In this document: positions 1 to 11,846 of the stretch, in pieces | How the letters are laid out: each line of letters begins with the position of its first letter | Numbering within the stretch: the first letter of the stretch is position 1 | NCBI GenBank assembly: GCA_965153285.1 | Contig: OZ229114.1 | Origin: Podarcis tiliguerta | Taxonomy: Eukaryota | DNA length: 64,000 nucleotides | Reading direction: 5' to 3' (one strand) | Made by a program: the position numbers and the translations under genes | The notes under the pieces: generated by a model | What the model was told of the DNA's origin: nothing | Database searches by the model: none | What the model saw: the letters and a program-made list of their open reading frames with translations, nothing else

Positions 1-525
1 AAATTTGTTGCATTTTGTAAAATAAGTGACGAACACACAAAAACAGGAATTGGTTGGTTCCATGACAGCTATATCTTCCATTTCAAATAATTGCCTTATT
101 GTGTATACACCCAAATGCGACAGGATTTCACAGACCAACAAACTAAACAGGATTATTCCTACTGAGGCTAGTTCTGTCTTCAGTACTTTTAATTTTGTAA
201 CTAAATCTTAAAATAAACCTATCAAATTCCAATGTTAATCTCTGTTGTCAAGGTTAACGGAGGACATAAGAAGGATAAAGGCATGCTCAAAGGAATTAAT
301 ACCATGCTCCTGAATTTTCAGCCTTGGGAACACTTAATTTGAGGAGTTGCACTGTTATGAATTTTAGAACCAGGGCAAATGGCAAAGATGACGTTTTCCA
401 TGTGTGCATGATCTTCCTACAGGATTTGCTGCATTGTAGCTTTGATCCCATGGGTTGGTTCTGTTGAAATATGGAACCACATTTTATGAACTTTCAAACA
501 GAATCTTATTTTCATATATATATAA

Positions 526-590
526 CAGAATCATAGAACTGCAGAGTTGGAAGGGACTTCAAGGACCATCTAGTCCAACCCCCCTGCAAC
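526..590 (-). mobile_element. CR1-type 3' tail fragment (CR1 LINE or CR1-tailed SINE)
   Basis: acagaatcatagaactgcagagttggaaggga...tctagtccaacccccctgca is the reverse complement of the CR1 3' end and matches the tail of the SINE at 55735-55858. Confidence 0.7.
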
Positions 591-2923
591 TAGATCATCA
601 TACATGGCAGACAGCCTTTGCTTAGCAGGGCACTGGAGAAATCCTCAGAATCCTACTGATTGCTGTATCTGCTTAATACAAATATTTAATATAACTGTTT
701 CTTACTGGGAATCTGCCATGCATAAAAATAGTGGCTGTCTCTGCAGCTGTGTGTCTCATCCACCCCCAAATAGAAAAGGATACACATGGCAAACTTCCTT
801 TGGGCCATCAGGGAATCCAGCACAGGACTCAACATTACTAGACCTGGGCTTGGAATTAGAGTGGTGGCAGGTGCAGGGCAGAATTGGTAAAATTGTGCCT
901 GCCGAAAGGAAGCAGGCACTGCCTTCTTCTCTTCAGATGATGCAAGGAGCTGTCAGGCGAGACTTCTTTCAAGAAGCTAATAGACTCTTCTTTTCTATGA
1001 TCGTTGAGAAAAGTTTTGTTCATGGATGGAAGGGTTACCCCTTTGCGGCTGAAAAGATCTCAGAGCTATTCTTCCCTCCCATGGATTCTGTTTTTTTGGG
1101 TTTGATGCAGAGAGAAGGTAGGCGAAAGAGAAGAGAGTCTTTGGCTCTCCCTTCCCATCCTCCTGACAGTCATCAGTTTTCAGTCTTTTGCTCAGACAAA
1201 TTCATTATGGTTTCCCATGTGCCATGTTTACATTGACATTAGGACTAGGAAGCCCAACAGGTCATAGGAACAGGGCACATGTTACTGCAGCACTGGTGGG
1301 CGGTAAGGAAATTTTACCATCAAGAAAGATTCATTAGTGGGTGTTAGGTATAAAAAGGTTGACTACCACGGTCTGGAAGTTGGTTGAGTGGAACTCTGGA
1401 ACGCAAAGACAGTTTTAGTGAAAGTTTTAATGGATATTCCACGTGAAACCAGTTGTAGCAACAGCTGTTTTTGTTCCTGTGTCAGATAAAAATGTTTGTC
1501 CCCTCGTTATTATGTTCTGTGAGAGTTCACAGTTTGCTGCCTATGTGTATGCTGCATCTTATGTATACTCAAGAAAGGAATATACTAGCCTGTCATCTGT
1601 GCTTTGGCTTAACCTTTTCTTTCTTTCTATTTTCATTCTGGGATTAAGTAAAAGTATTAATGAAGGGCCTCTATATCAAGCTATATGCACATTATCTAAT
1701 TGTCTGTGGGACCATGCTGTGACTGTCATTTGCAGTATCTAAGCTCCTGGAACAAAACAAAACAAAACAAAAATCCAAAATTAATTGCAAACAAAGCCCA
1801 GCCAGGTTATAAAGGCATACCCCTTTGTAGATTCTTCCCCCCACCTCCTGCTCTCTATATTACTAAAAACGTATTATTTTTACCCCAGAGAATCACACCA
1901 ATGCATACGCTTCACTTGTGATGGAAAATCCTTTTTTTATTAATCCTTGTGTACCTTCTTATCAAAAGCTGAACACATCTCATCAGCCTAGCTATCCTGC
2001 CGTTTGGCATGCTCTGCTCTTGTTAACTGCATCTCCTGGAGGCAAATTGTATCAGTCTTAATATTTTTTAAAAAATAACTTGGATTTCTCTTTTGCCATT
2101 CTGTTGTTGTTTTTTAAATGATACACCTTATGCAAAATAGTGTTCTGTGACTTCTTACAGCAGAAGGTTTGTAGATTTCAAATTTATTGGTTTCCAGTGT
2201 CTTTTTTTAAAAAAATTATTAGTGACGTGTCTAGATGCTCTACATAAATAACTATAGCAATCCAGATTTAGTCTAAAATGCATCCTTACCAATAAGAATA
2301 TACAGTTGTGTATTATTTGCAGTTGATCATTCCAAAACATTAAAAACGTGAAACAATTACCGTCCTCTCACAAAGTTTGTCAGTTTAATCAAATTAAACA
2401 TAAGGAGAGCCCTGCTGGATTAGGCCGCCCTAATGCAGCATCCTATTCCCGCAGTAGCTATCTGGATGCCCAGGGAAAATCGGACTGCAAAAGCACTTTC
2501 CTCACAAACCATGTGTTTGTTTGGGCCCTGGGTGTGAGAGCCAAGGTGCATGTGCAGAGTCCTGGCTGAGAGCAAGTAGGCTGAGAGGGGAAGTGTGTCA
2601 GAAGAAAACCCCGAAATCAGTCTCTCTATATTAGTAATATGTATTAATGTTACATTTATATATGAAACGATGGCACGTTTTTGTAACGTTTGTTGTTCCT
2701 TGAGTTGCCTGTTTTATTTTTCTCTTCACAGCAGAGGAATAACATGTCTCTATGCTGTGAACAGAAAAATAAAACAGTGGTTTAGACATGGACTCCATAT
2801 ATAGATGGATTACAATAACAATGATTGACTCCCCCCCCCCCACGTCTTGACCCTCATTTGCTACATTTGAAGAAACTAGGATACTAAAACTTCAGCATAC
2901 TTCTGTTGTTCCCCATTCCCCAG

Positions 2924-3103
2924 GATGCAAGACATGCTGCTGAAGGAGAAATTTATACCAAACTTAACCAAAAGATTGATGAATTCATCCAGCTTGCTGA
3001 CTATGATTGGACAATGAGTGAGCCAGATGGGAGAGCCAGTGGCTATTTAATGGATCTTATTAATTTCTTGAGGAGCACCTTTCAGGTTTTCACTCACTTG
3101 CCT
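2924..3103 (+). CDS. EXOC6: EXOC6 (exocyst complex component 6 / Sec15A) internal coding exon, 180 nt, phase 0/0
   Basis: ccccag|GAT acceptor and CCT|gtaagt donor. Translates DARHAAEGEIYTKLNQKIDEFIQLADYDWTMSEPDGRASGYLMDLINFLRSTFQVFTHLP, recognised as the vertebrate Sec15 C-terminal region. Upstream exons lie outside the window. Confidence 0.96.
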
Positions 3104-6100
3104 GTAAGTATACAAATTGCAAGTAATTGCAGGTTTTATTTGTAATACAGTCTAAGGGTGCTAATGGCACACGTGGTGGAAGAAACAACAGTCCTGGGAC
3201 CTGTATCAAACTTGCTTCGATCACAGATAGACCCAGTTCAGAAATGGGCTGAACTCTTGAAAAAAGAGTTCAGCATCGCAGGATTGGGTCTTGCTTAGTC
3301 TCAGGATTATGCATTCCCCACCCAAGCCCTTCTCTGGTCTGGCCGCTGGAGAGTACCAGAAGTTTCCCCTTTCTATTTGCAATTAATCATAATTAAGCAC
3401 ACTGTCTGTTTACAGGGAAAGTGCAAACCCAAGGCTTGTTGTGGTTTGTTTCCATCTTAGCTGGGCCACTGTGATATTCTAAGCAGAAGTTGGTCCACCA
3501 TTAACCATGCTGTAGTGTTTCATCTGCATTGGAGCTAACCAGAATTTGCTTTATCCGGAATTAGCAAATGAGATTCCAGTCCTGCCTTCTTCTTTTTTGC
3601 TTCTCCTCCTCTTTTTTTAAAGAGCCCAGGCTAATGTTAATCATGGTGCCAGTGCCAACATTATTCTATTCCACATCTAACAATGAAACTACAAACCTGC
3701 TATATTTCATTTGAATCCACAACAGTGATGAAATAAAGCTTGGTTCTTGTTTTCTTCTTTTTAAGAAATTCATTTTTAAATGCACCGTAAACCAGTGCTT
3801 ATTCACATATAATTGCTAGAAGATAAGAGAACCAATAATAATTCCTTACAGCATTGGGGGAAAACACTGCATGTTATGAAAATTCTCATTCCAGAAGTTC
3901 ATAAACATTGACTGCTTTTCTATAAATCTGTCGATTTGAGGTTTGTAATAACTTGCTGTGAGATGAGTTGTTTTGTTTATAAAAATATTAATCTGCTGCT
4001 CCCTCATATAAAGTATCAAGGTGGTGTCCAATGGTATATACAAATGAAGTAAACTATAGGATAGCATAAACCAGCACAATCTCCCATATTGTGAATGGTT
4101 TTGCAGGTGAAACAGTTGCTGCACAATTAAGTTCTTTTAAAAATGGACGTTTGCACACAATAACGTTTTCTACATTTTGTTCTTCCACTGCCCACCTTGC
4201 TACAACAGGAAAGTGTTTAGTGTTTACAGAGCTTTTGGGAAACATGGTGTAAAATGACTAACACCGCAACACAGGGAAGATTTTAAACTTTCCCCCTGAA
4301 TCTTTTATTTTGTTTTGTTTTTTAAATTGTACCCAGGCTAGATTTTTTTAAAAAAGTTTTAAACTATGTTGAAAACCACTTTGAGTTTCTTCCCCCTAAA
4401 ATATAAGAAGTATGTAAACTGTTGTTATCAAGTCAAATATTTCTTTGCTTCAAGTATGTGGTCATTGTCTATTTTATGTTCTAGTTGTTATTTTGGCTGC
4501 TTATTAATTGGCTGGTTATATTTATGAAAATAAATATAAGTTAACCTGCTCGAGTTCGACTTAAATTTTATTTCATTGAAGGCAATGGACTCCTTATATT
4601 ACAGGAGTGCTTCAAGAATAAAAATTATGTCTGGTCTCTGCGATTCATCCCGTCTAGTACAACTTGTTTTCTTGTTTTGTGTGAGAGTGTTTTACACTAT
4701 ATCTAGACGGTACTGAATCAAAGAAGTTAAGCTGGAAAACTTCTGAGATTCATTCAAAATCTATAATTCTGTGCTATGCTCTGGCACAGTGCAAACATGT
4801 TAGATTTCCTCAGTGGATTGTGTTTGGCTGCATTGGCAAGTGACAGAGATTAGACTTGATACATTTAACCAATGTTATTCACCATGGCCATGTTTGTAGT
4901 AAGAGTTTCCCACAAGCTGGCTTTCTCCAGATGTTTACTGACACATGTTCAACCATGGCTAGCCTGCAGATGTTGTGCAATGGAAGAGAAGTCAGTATGT
5001 CAAATATCAGGTTGTAGCTGAAAACACTTTAGTAGGGATTGAGAGCAACAAGGGCAGTTGAGAAGGAGGAGATGGATGCTGGACAGTTCCTTCTGAGAAT
5101 TATTTGGCAGGCCTTGCCTGGATCTTCACTTGCAGCAAGATTAAAGACAGTCACTTTACATCACATTGCTGATGAATCTTTCCTGTGTTAAGAAAGCTAG
5201 CTCATGAGGATTCACAGTTCTGTTCCAGGCCTTTGCCTGCTGTGCTGATTTTCAATTTGCAGGGAGTTTCCAGATGTATTCTGGACTGGCATACCATGCT
5301 GAAGGTATGAAGGAGGGTTGCCTTCTTGAAAAGATGGGGGTAGCAAGACTTGGTTCCAAGAGAAGCAGGATTTCAATTCATGGAAAGGCTTGGCTGACTA
5401 GATCAATGAGAAGCCTTAGGTGAAGGTCTTGACATTTGGTTGGTAAGTAAAGGAAATTTTACTTACAACATCATTCGTATACTGCCCAATGAACAATGTC
5501 TTCGGGTGGCTAACAATAGAAGTTTGAATCCATGAAAACAGGGAGAGCTCTAAAAATCATACAGTGAGAAATCAACTGCATTAGGAAACCAAATAAATGG
5601 GCACCTATAGCAGGAAAACATACATTAGTGCTCCAGAGCGCAAAAAGAAAGATCTTAAAATGCCCGTAAAAACAAAAAGGCCTTCATCTGGCACTGAAAA
5701 GACTTAGGTGCTGGGTGAGTTTTACATCTGAAGCAGCTGTGTGTACAGAGGGGTGGGGGCAAATCTATATCTCTTGAGAAGTTTTTGTTTGGGAGTTGAT
5801 GGGGTGGGGTGAAGTTGCCTTTAGAAAAAAACCTTCTCCTCCCCTCCAAAAAGCAACCAAACAAAAACACCCTCCTGCAGAGATGCTGATAGAAGCCAAG
5901 TTTGTAGACAGCATCCACGTCATGCTCTGTACTTCCCAGGTAGTTATAGGTAGGGGGAAAGCTTCTTTTATTGCTGAGAGACGAAGTGACCATATGATGT
6001 TGCTCTAGCTGATCAGATAATTGGTCCATCTAGCCCACCTGTGACTGTCCACCACACTCCAGGGTCTGCAAGTGCCCATTGCCTCCTAATCTGGAAAGTG

Positions 6101-8439
6101 GGATTCATAGGTTGTTATCAATAAGGTTATTGGAGAGATAAAGGTGGCTTTGTCTTAGTGCAGGAGTGGCCAAACTTTGTTGGTCCAATAGGCTCCAATG
6201 GGTAGCTTCTCGGTGTGTCTGATTTATGCTAAAAGCATAAATCAACAGCTGTGAATGTAAGCTGCTCTTGTGAAGGAACAATTTGGGAGTATTTTCTAAG
6301 ATTCCCAATTGTTCCTTTACTATCCTGCACCTGACGTCATATGCCGTCAGGTGAGTGACAGGTAGGCTTGGCATGGGGGAAAAGGACTTGCAGGCCAAAT
6401 TGAGAGGCCCAGCAGGCCTAATTTAGCCCATGGGGTGGACGTTCCCCACTTATTCAGTAGGGAAATGTATCTTAAACTATTAAATACTATGTCCATTGAA
6501 ACTTGAAGCAAGTGTGTTTCTAGGATCAGACTGTAAGTTCCTAAGCCACAAGGCTGTAGGGGAAATCTCCCCATATATATGCCACTTCTGTAGGGTTGTA
6601 GTAGTTATGAGTTTGTAGCATCCTTAGTGAACACAATATATTATGCAGCCATGTTCTTTGACTTGTGCCTGGCTACATCTTTACTATAGAACACGACCAG
6701 AAGCATAACCATGAAGTGACCTGGCATGGTCTCATTGGACAACAGATTCCAGAGGAGTCTTTCTCCAGAATTTCTATAATATCATTTTTCAAGCAAGTGT
6801 CACTTATTTACTTTTGACTTCAGGGATGAAAACATCTAAAACAGACACTAATGTAGAGGCAGCAATGTAAGGTGTGTGTGTTTTACACTTGCCTGTGAAA
6901 GCCTTTTAGTCATAAGTGTGTAGCTTGGTCAGTTTCTTAATATCTTAGCACCTTTTCGCATACAATGAATGGATTTGATCCGGTTTAGCTAGTCTATGGA
7001 TGGAAATGCTCTTTCCATATTTGGAAGGCACTGAGATCCAGTAGAGTAGAATAGGAGCCACTGACTTTTTTGGAAACTGGAGAAACTGTGGCTGGCACTA
7101 TACACAGATCCACTGCAATGAAGTACACATCAACTTAATGCTTCTTTTGAGGCTAATTTTGGTCAAGGGAGTGGATTCCATGCACACCAGGAGAGGTTTC
7201 TCTGGGCACATGAGTGCCCGGAGTGGAGATTTCCTGCCTGAGGAAGCTAGGCAGGTGACCCCTCCTTCCCATTGAGGCTCCCTATTCCATCTCTCACACT
7301 GCTCTGGAGGCTGCAAAGGAAAGGAAGACTAGGTGAAGTTTGTCTCCCAATCTTCTTCCTCCAGAATAAGTGGAACACTACTGAGCACAACTCTGACTCC
7401 AGCCTCATAGCGTTTAGCTATAAAGTACATCTGCAGCCCACAATAAAGCTATCTTGTCTTTACTATGAGATATCTGCACAATTATCCTTATTGCCTGTAG
7501 CTTCCGTGGTGTCATCTGGTTGCTAGATATGTTTCTTTAGCTTCGTTTCCCTAAAAGTGTCTTTGTATTATATTTGTCTGTGTTGCCACTTGATAGCAAC
7601 AGCATCGTTGTTGTTGTTTTAGGGCAGGGTTTTTTTTTGTGTATTTGTACTGAAAACAAGCCTTTTTACATTTCTGATCCATTTAACGGATGGATGTATT
7701 TATTTTTAAACACTGTCTGTTACTATTCCTTACACATATTTTTAGCAAAGTAGCGAAATAACAGATTGATGATGGCTGCGATGTAACATTTCCCCCATGT
7801 GTGAGCTGAAAGCACTTCTCCATTCACACAGACCAGGGTTGATGCTTCCTTCTGTCAGTGGCTACTCATGACTCAAGGGATGCTGCTCTGGAGAAGTGCT
7901 GATCTTGGAGAACAACATTTTGCTGGGGCAAGGGGTGTTACAGGGATCTGCTGCTGCTACAAAGGGGCATCCCAGAAGCCCCAGTACACAGTAGTAGACC
8001 ATCTGCAGAGATCTGGTTTAATCCAAGGAGTTTTGAAATTATATTTTCCCAAAGCTCTTCAAATAGCACTTGAAATGAAATCTACCGAGCCTGTCTCCTG
8101 GAAAATACTGCTTATGCAGGATATTTTACTTCTCTGGCTTCTAGTACTGTGCTGTGTATTAATTCATTACACTTTCATAATATCACTTAAAAATTGTGTC
8201 TATTTGGCTCTTACAGCTGCAAACAGAAGACTAATTTGGCTGAACCATGGCAGATCAATCTTGAATAATAATTTCGAACCATTCCCATCTTCAGGAAAGA
8301 AATCCTTATTGGCAGACATTACTTATTTTCTCAAGAGCCCTCCCCTACCCCCTCTGACTGCTACCAAATGCAATTTAATGTTGACAGTGCATTTTTATTT
8401 TTTGTTTTGTTTTGATTGCCTTACTGGTTTCCTTCTCAG

Positions 8440-8469
8440 AATAACAACAATGACCATGCAGCTATGTCG
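8440..8469 (+). CDS. EXOC6: Candidate alternative 30-nt microexon of EXOC6 (NNNNDHAAMS), phase 0/0
   Basis: Long U-rich tract ending tttccttctcag|, then AAT AAC AAC AAT GAC CAT GCA GCT ATG TCG, then a consensus |gtaagt donor. Length is divisible by 3, there is no stop, and the phase matches the flanking exons (...THLP / GKVAQ...). Confidence 0.7.
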
Positions 8470-10254
8470 GTAAGTAGATGCAAGCTGAAGAAAAGCATGC
8501 ACATGGAAAACTTAAACTATGAACTGCCTGCAGGCTTATTGCTTCAATTCTGAGTGACTTTGTTTAAAACCCCCTCTATTTATACCGATCTGACTCTATA
8601 CTAAATTGTGTAGTTGCATGCAGAATCCAAGTTGAAGACTAACCTTGGTTTTTGGACATCAAGGCAGAAGGAACCTTTTAAAGCCTCATAGAAACATGAT
8701 AGGGCATGTGTTGCATCTGAAATGAGATCATTCAAAGGGGACCATAAGACCTCTTGGATGGGAGGTCAGGTGTCAGAATGCAGCTATGGGGATGTGCATA
8801 CGAAATAAGGTTAAAATGGCTAGATAGTGGCTGAGAATAAAGAGCTGGTGAAAGTTTTAGACAGTCTCTTTCAAAAACATACTTTTTGAAGTGAGGAGAA
8901 TGTCTGCACCCAAATGTATTTCTTAAAAGATGATGGATTGCTTTAAAAGATTCATGCCCCAATTATTTTCAGGTCACCGACTCATTTTGAGTAGTTTACT
9001 TTGGTCCAACATAAATATTTGCATTATAATGAATAACTGCTACTTTCAGATTTGCTAGCGATTGGAAAGCTTCCTCCTTTATTATTTTTTTAAAAGGCTG
9101 ATGCAGAATTGTGTTCTACTCATTTACCCACAGGACACTTTCCCTACTTTATAATGATTTTGCACCAACACTTTGGTAGAAAAAGTATGCAACAGACGAG
9201 ATATGATGATCATGTTAGTTCCACGCATGTTGTGCTATAAGCATAAATAGTTGCAAGGGGTCAACTCATTCCACGTCCCCTTCCACTGTGACTTCTGACT
9301 TTCTGAAGACAAATTTAGAGGAAGATAAAAATGCTTAAAGATATTGTTGCAGATAATGCCGGGGTAAAAAACTCATGAAAGTATTGATAACATGAAAGGT
9401 AATTCTGACTGACAGTCAGGATGGCAGCCATAAGGAAATCTGATGTCCTAAGTGCAAAGCAGTCCCCCAAATGGCTACCATATGGCAGCCATGCCTTCTC
9501 CAGTTATCTCTAGATAACACAATATTTCATTTGCTGGTCAGGGCTGCTTCATGCATGAAAACTATAACATGAGCAGATCCCAGTTATACATCATAAAGCT
9601 TCACTTGTCTGAAGCATACACATGTATTTTATTTCAATGCATATTCACCATTAAAGCATGTTGCAAAGCTGCATTTGGTTGTCTCTCTTTAAAATAGCAT
9701 ATTGGTATGTGGAGTATAGTTTGAAACCTTATATCCAGCTCAGCGGAATATTTATCCTTCAGTCACGTATTGATAATTCTTACCATTCATGATCTTCAAT
9801 CTAGTTGAAAAAGTGTGCTTCTAAGTCGTTGCTTCTGTTGTTTGATTCAAAGTTTATTCAGTTGTTCATGCAAATCTGTTCCTCCCCACACCCTGCCCCT
9901 GTTCTAATTTCTGTACATTTTAAACATTTAGAAAGAAAGCAGTGTGTGTCCTAACTTGCTTAGAGAGGACAACTGGGAAAATGCCCTCTGACACTAATGT
10001 ATTTCCTGGATATTGAGACCCATCTCTAACACAGCAGATAGAGGCACTGAAGGGATGGGTGTTTTCCAGTGACGTAGTCATATTAGTCTGTTGCAATGAA
10101 AACAAGTCTTCTTTTACCTTTAGACTACAGAAAGGTGTTATAGCATAAGCTGTCATGCACTACAGTCCCCATGATCACATGCAACAGGATTAATGTATGG
10201 AAGAAGCCCAGGCTTACTTACAACCACCTTCCAGCTGTACTGGTGATAGTTATG

Positions 10255-10345
10255 AACATAGGGAATTGCTTTGTACTACATCAAGCTGCTGGTCTATCTA
10301 GCTCAGAACTACATTGACTTGCAGTGGCTCTACAGGGTTTCAGTT
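10255..10345 (-). mobile_element. Degraded Squam3-like SINE 3' part
   Basis: The reverse complement resembles the 3' half of the copies at 27315 and 53708. Confidence 0.45.
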
Positions 10346-11634
10346 GGGGAGAATGGGAAAGTATTATTAGATTGTTTATTTATAATTTCTCCACTAAGAA
10401 AAGCAATTGGGTGGTTTGCCCAGCATTGCAGAAGAAGTCAATATGCCAGAGTTAGAAACTGATCTTCAACTGATTTCGTAGCAGCCTTATCCCTTTTCTC
10501 AAGTAAAACTTACAGTCACCTTGATTTGCTAAGAGCTAATTGGCCTTATCTTTCCAGAGTTGTTACCAGTTGTTGTGAGCCATTTGGCTTCCCCCAGCTC
10601 TGCTAAGGATTTTGCTGTTATGTGTTTGCTTTCACCTTGGAGTTCCTCAGAAAAAAACATTTGCAGATGCTTTAATTTAACTGTTAGCAATGGTGGAGGT
10701 AACACAAATGAGGTGAACAATTGAGTTATCATAATCTAATTCTTGTGTGGTCTAAAACAGACTTTGAATATTCTGGGGGAAAAATGTAGGATATGCTGTT
10801 TCCCCCTCAACGATGATATATAAAAAATCACTGGCAAAATTAGATGTTGGTGGAATGAAAATGGTTAAAGTTTGTCTGATAACTAAGCCTTTCCAAGAGT
10901 CTTTATGTTCATAACATATATTCAGAAACCATTATCACAGAATCCAGACCTTTGTTTTAAGATCACAATCATGTACCATGATCCTAAAAAGCTGCTAGCA
11001 TATTTGCCTATGATGTGCTCGGATAAAGCATCCTAATTACTTTCTTAGCAGCTATTGCCATGTGGAAGTTAGTTTGACCATCTTAATCAATTGCTTCTGT
11101 GTTATAGAAATTGCAGCTATTCCCTGCATGCCTTTTAGATCAGTTTTTAAGAGACACAGTTGTAAATACACCTATTATTATAATGGGTGTTGTTGTTGTT
11201 TCTGGTATTTTTATGAGAAGGGGTAATTTAGTGCTGCTATTAGATCAACAGGAAGATTCAATTCTTGCTATCAGGAGAATACTTGATTTAGCATTCTTAA
11301 ATATGTGAGTTACCCTTTAGATTCAAAACATTGAAAAGAAAGCTTTTGCTTAATGTGTGATTTAATATTGTTAAACTAATTATGAAGCTAGACTTTCAGA
11401 TGTAACAGACAAGTCTTGTTGTTCCCTGTTTGCTTGGGGGTTTGTGGATTGTGTTTTATTGTTCCCTTGATTGGCAGTAAAAGCCTTATTTCACAGCTTG
11501 CAGCGAGAAGCTATTGGATAAAGGGTGGTGGCGCTCCACAAGCTATATTCAAAAACTGTCAATCAAAAGCCCACGTAGGCTACTTAGAGAATGGAGTTTC
11601 TTACTGATTCTTCCAAATGTCGTCTCATGCTGTC

Positions 11635-11846
11635 NNNNNNNNNNNNNNNNNNNNNNNNNNNNNNNNNNNNNNNNNNNNNNNNNNNNNNNNNNNNNNNNNN
11701 NNNNNNNNNNNNNNNNNNNNNNNNNNNNNNNNNNNNNNNNNNNNNNNNNNNNNNNNNNNNNNNNNNNNNNNNNNNNNNNNNNNNNNNNNNNNNNNNNNNN
11801 NNNNNNNNNNNNNNNNNNNNNNNNNNNNNNNNNNNNNNNNNNNNNN
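11635..11846. other. Assembly gap (212 N) in an EXOC6 intron
   Basis: Run of N. Confidence 1.

Noticed and set aside
604-1236. 210-aa ORF
   Set aside because: Intronic; no recognisable domain or splice context; composition typical of a chance ORF or decayed repeat.
7868-8473. 201-aa ORF
   Set aside because: No family resemblance; runs through a polypyrimidine tract and overlaps the candidate microexon in a different frame.
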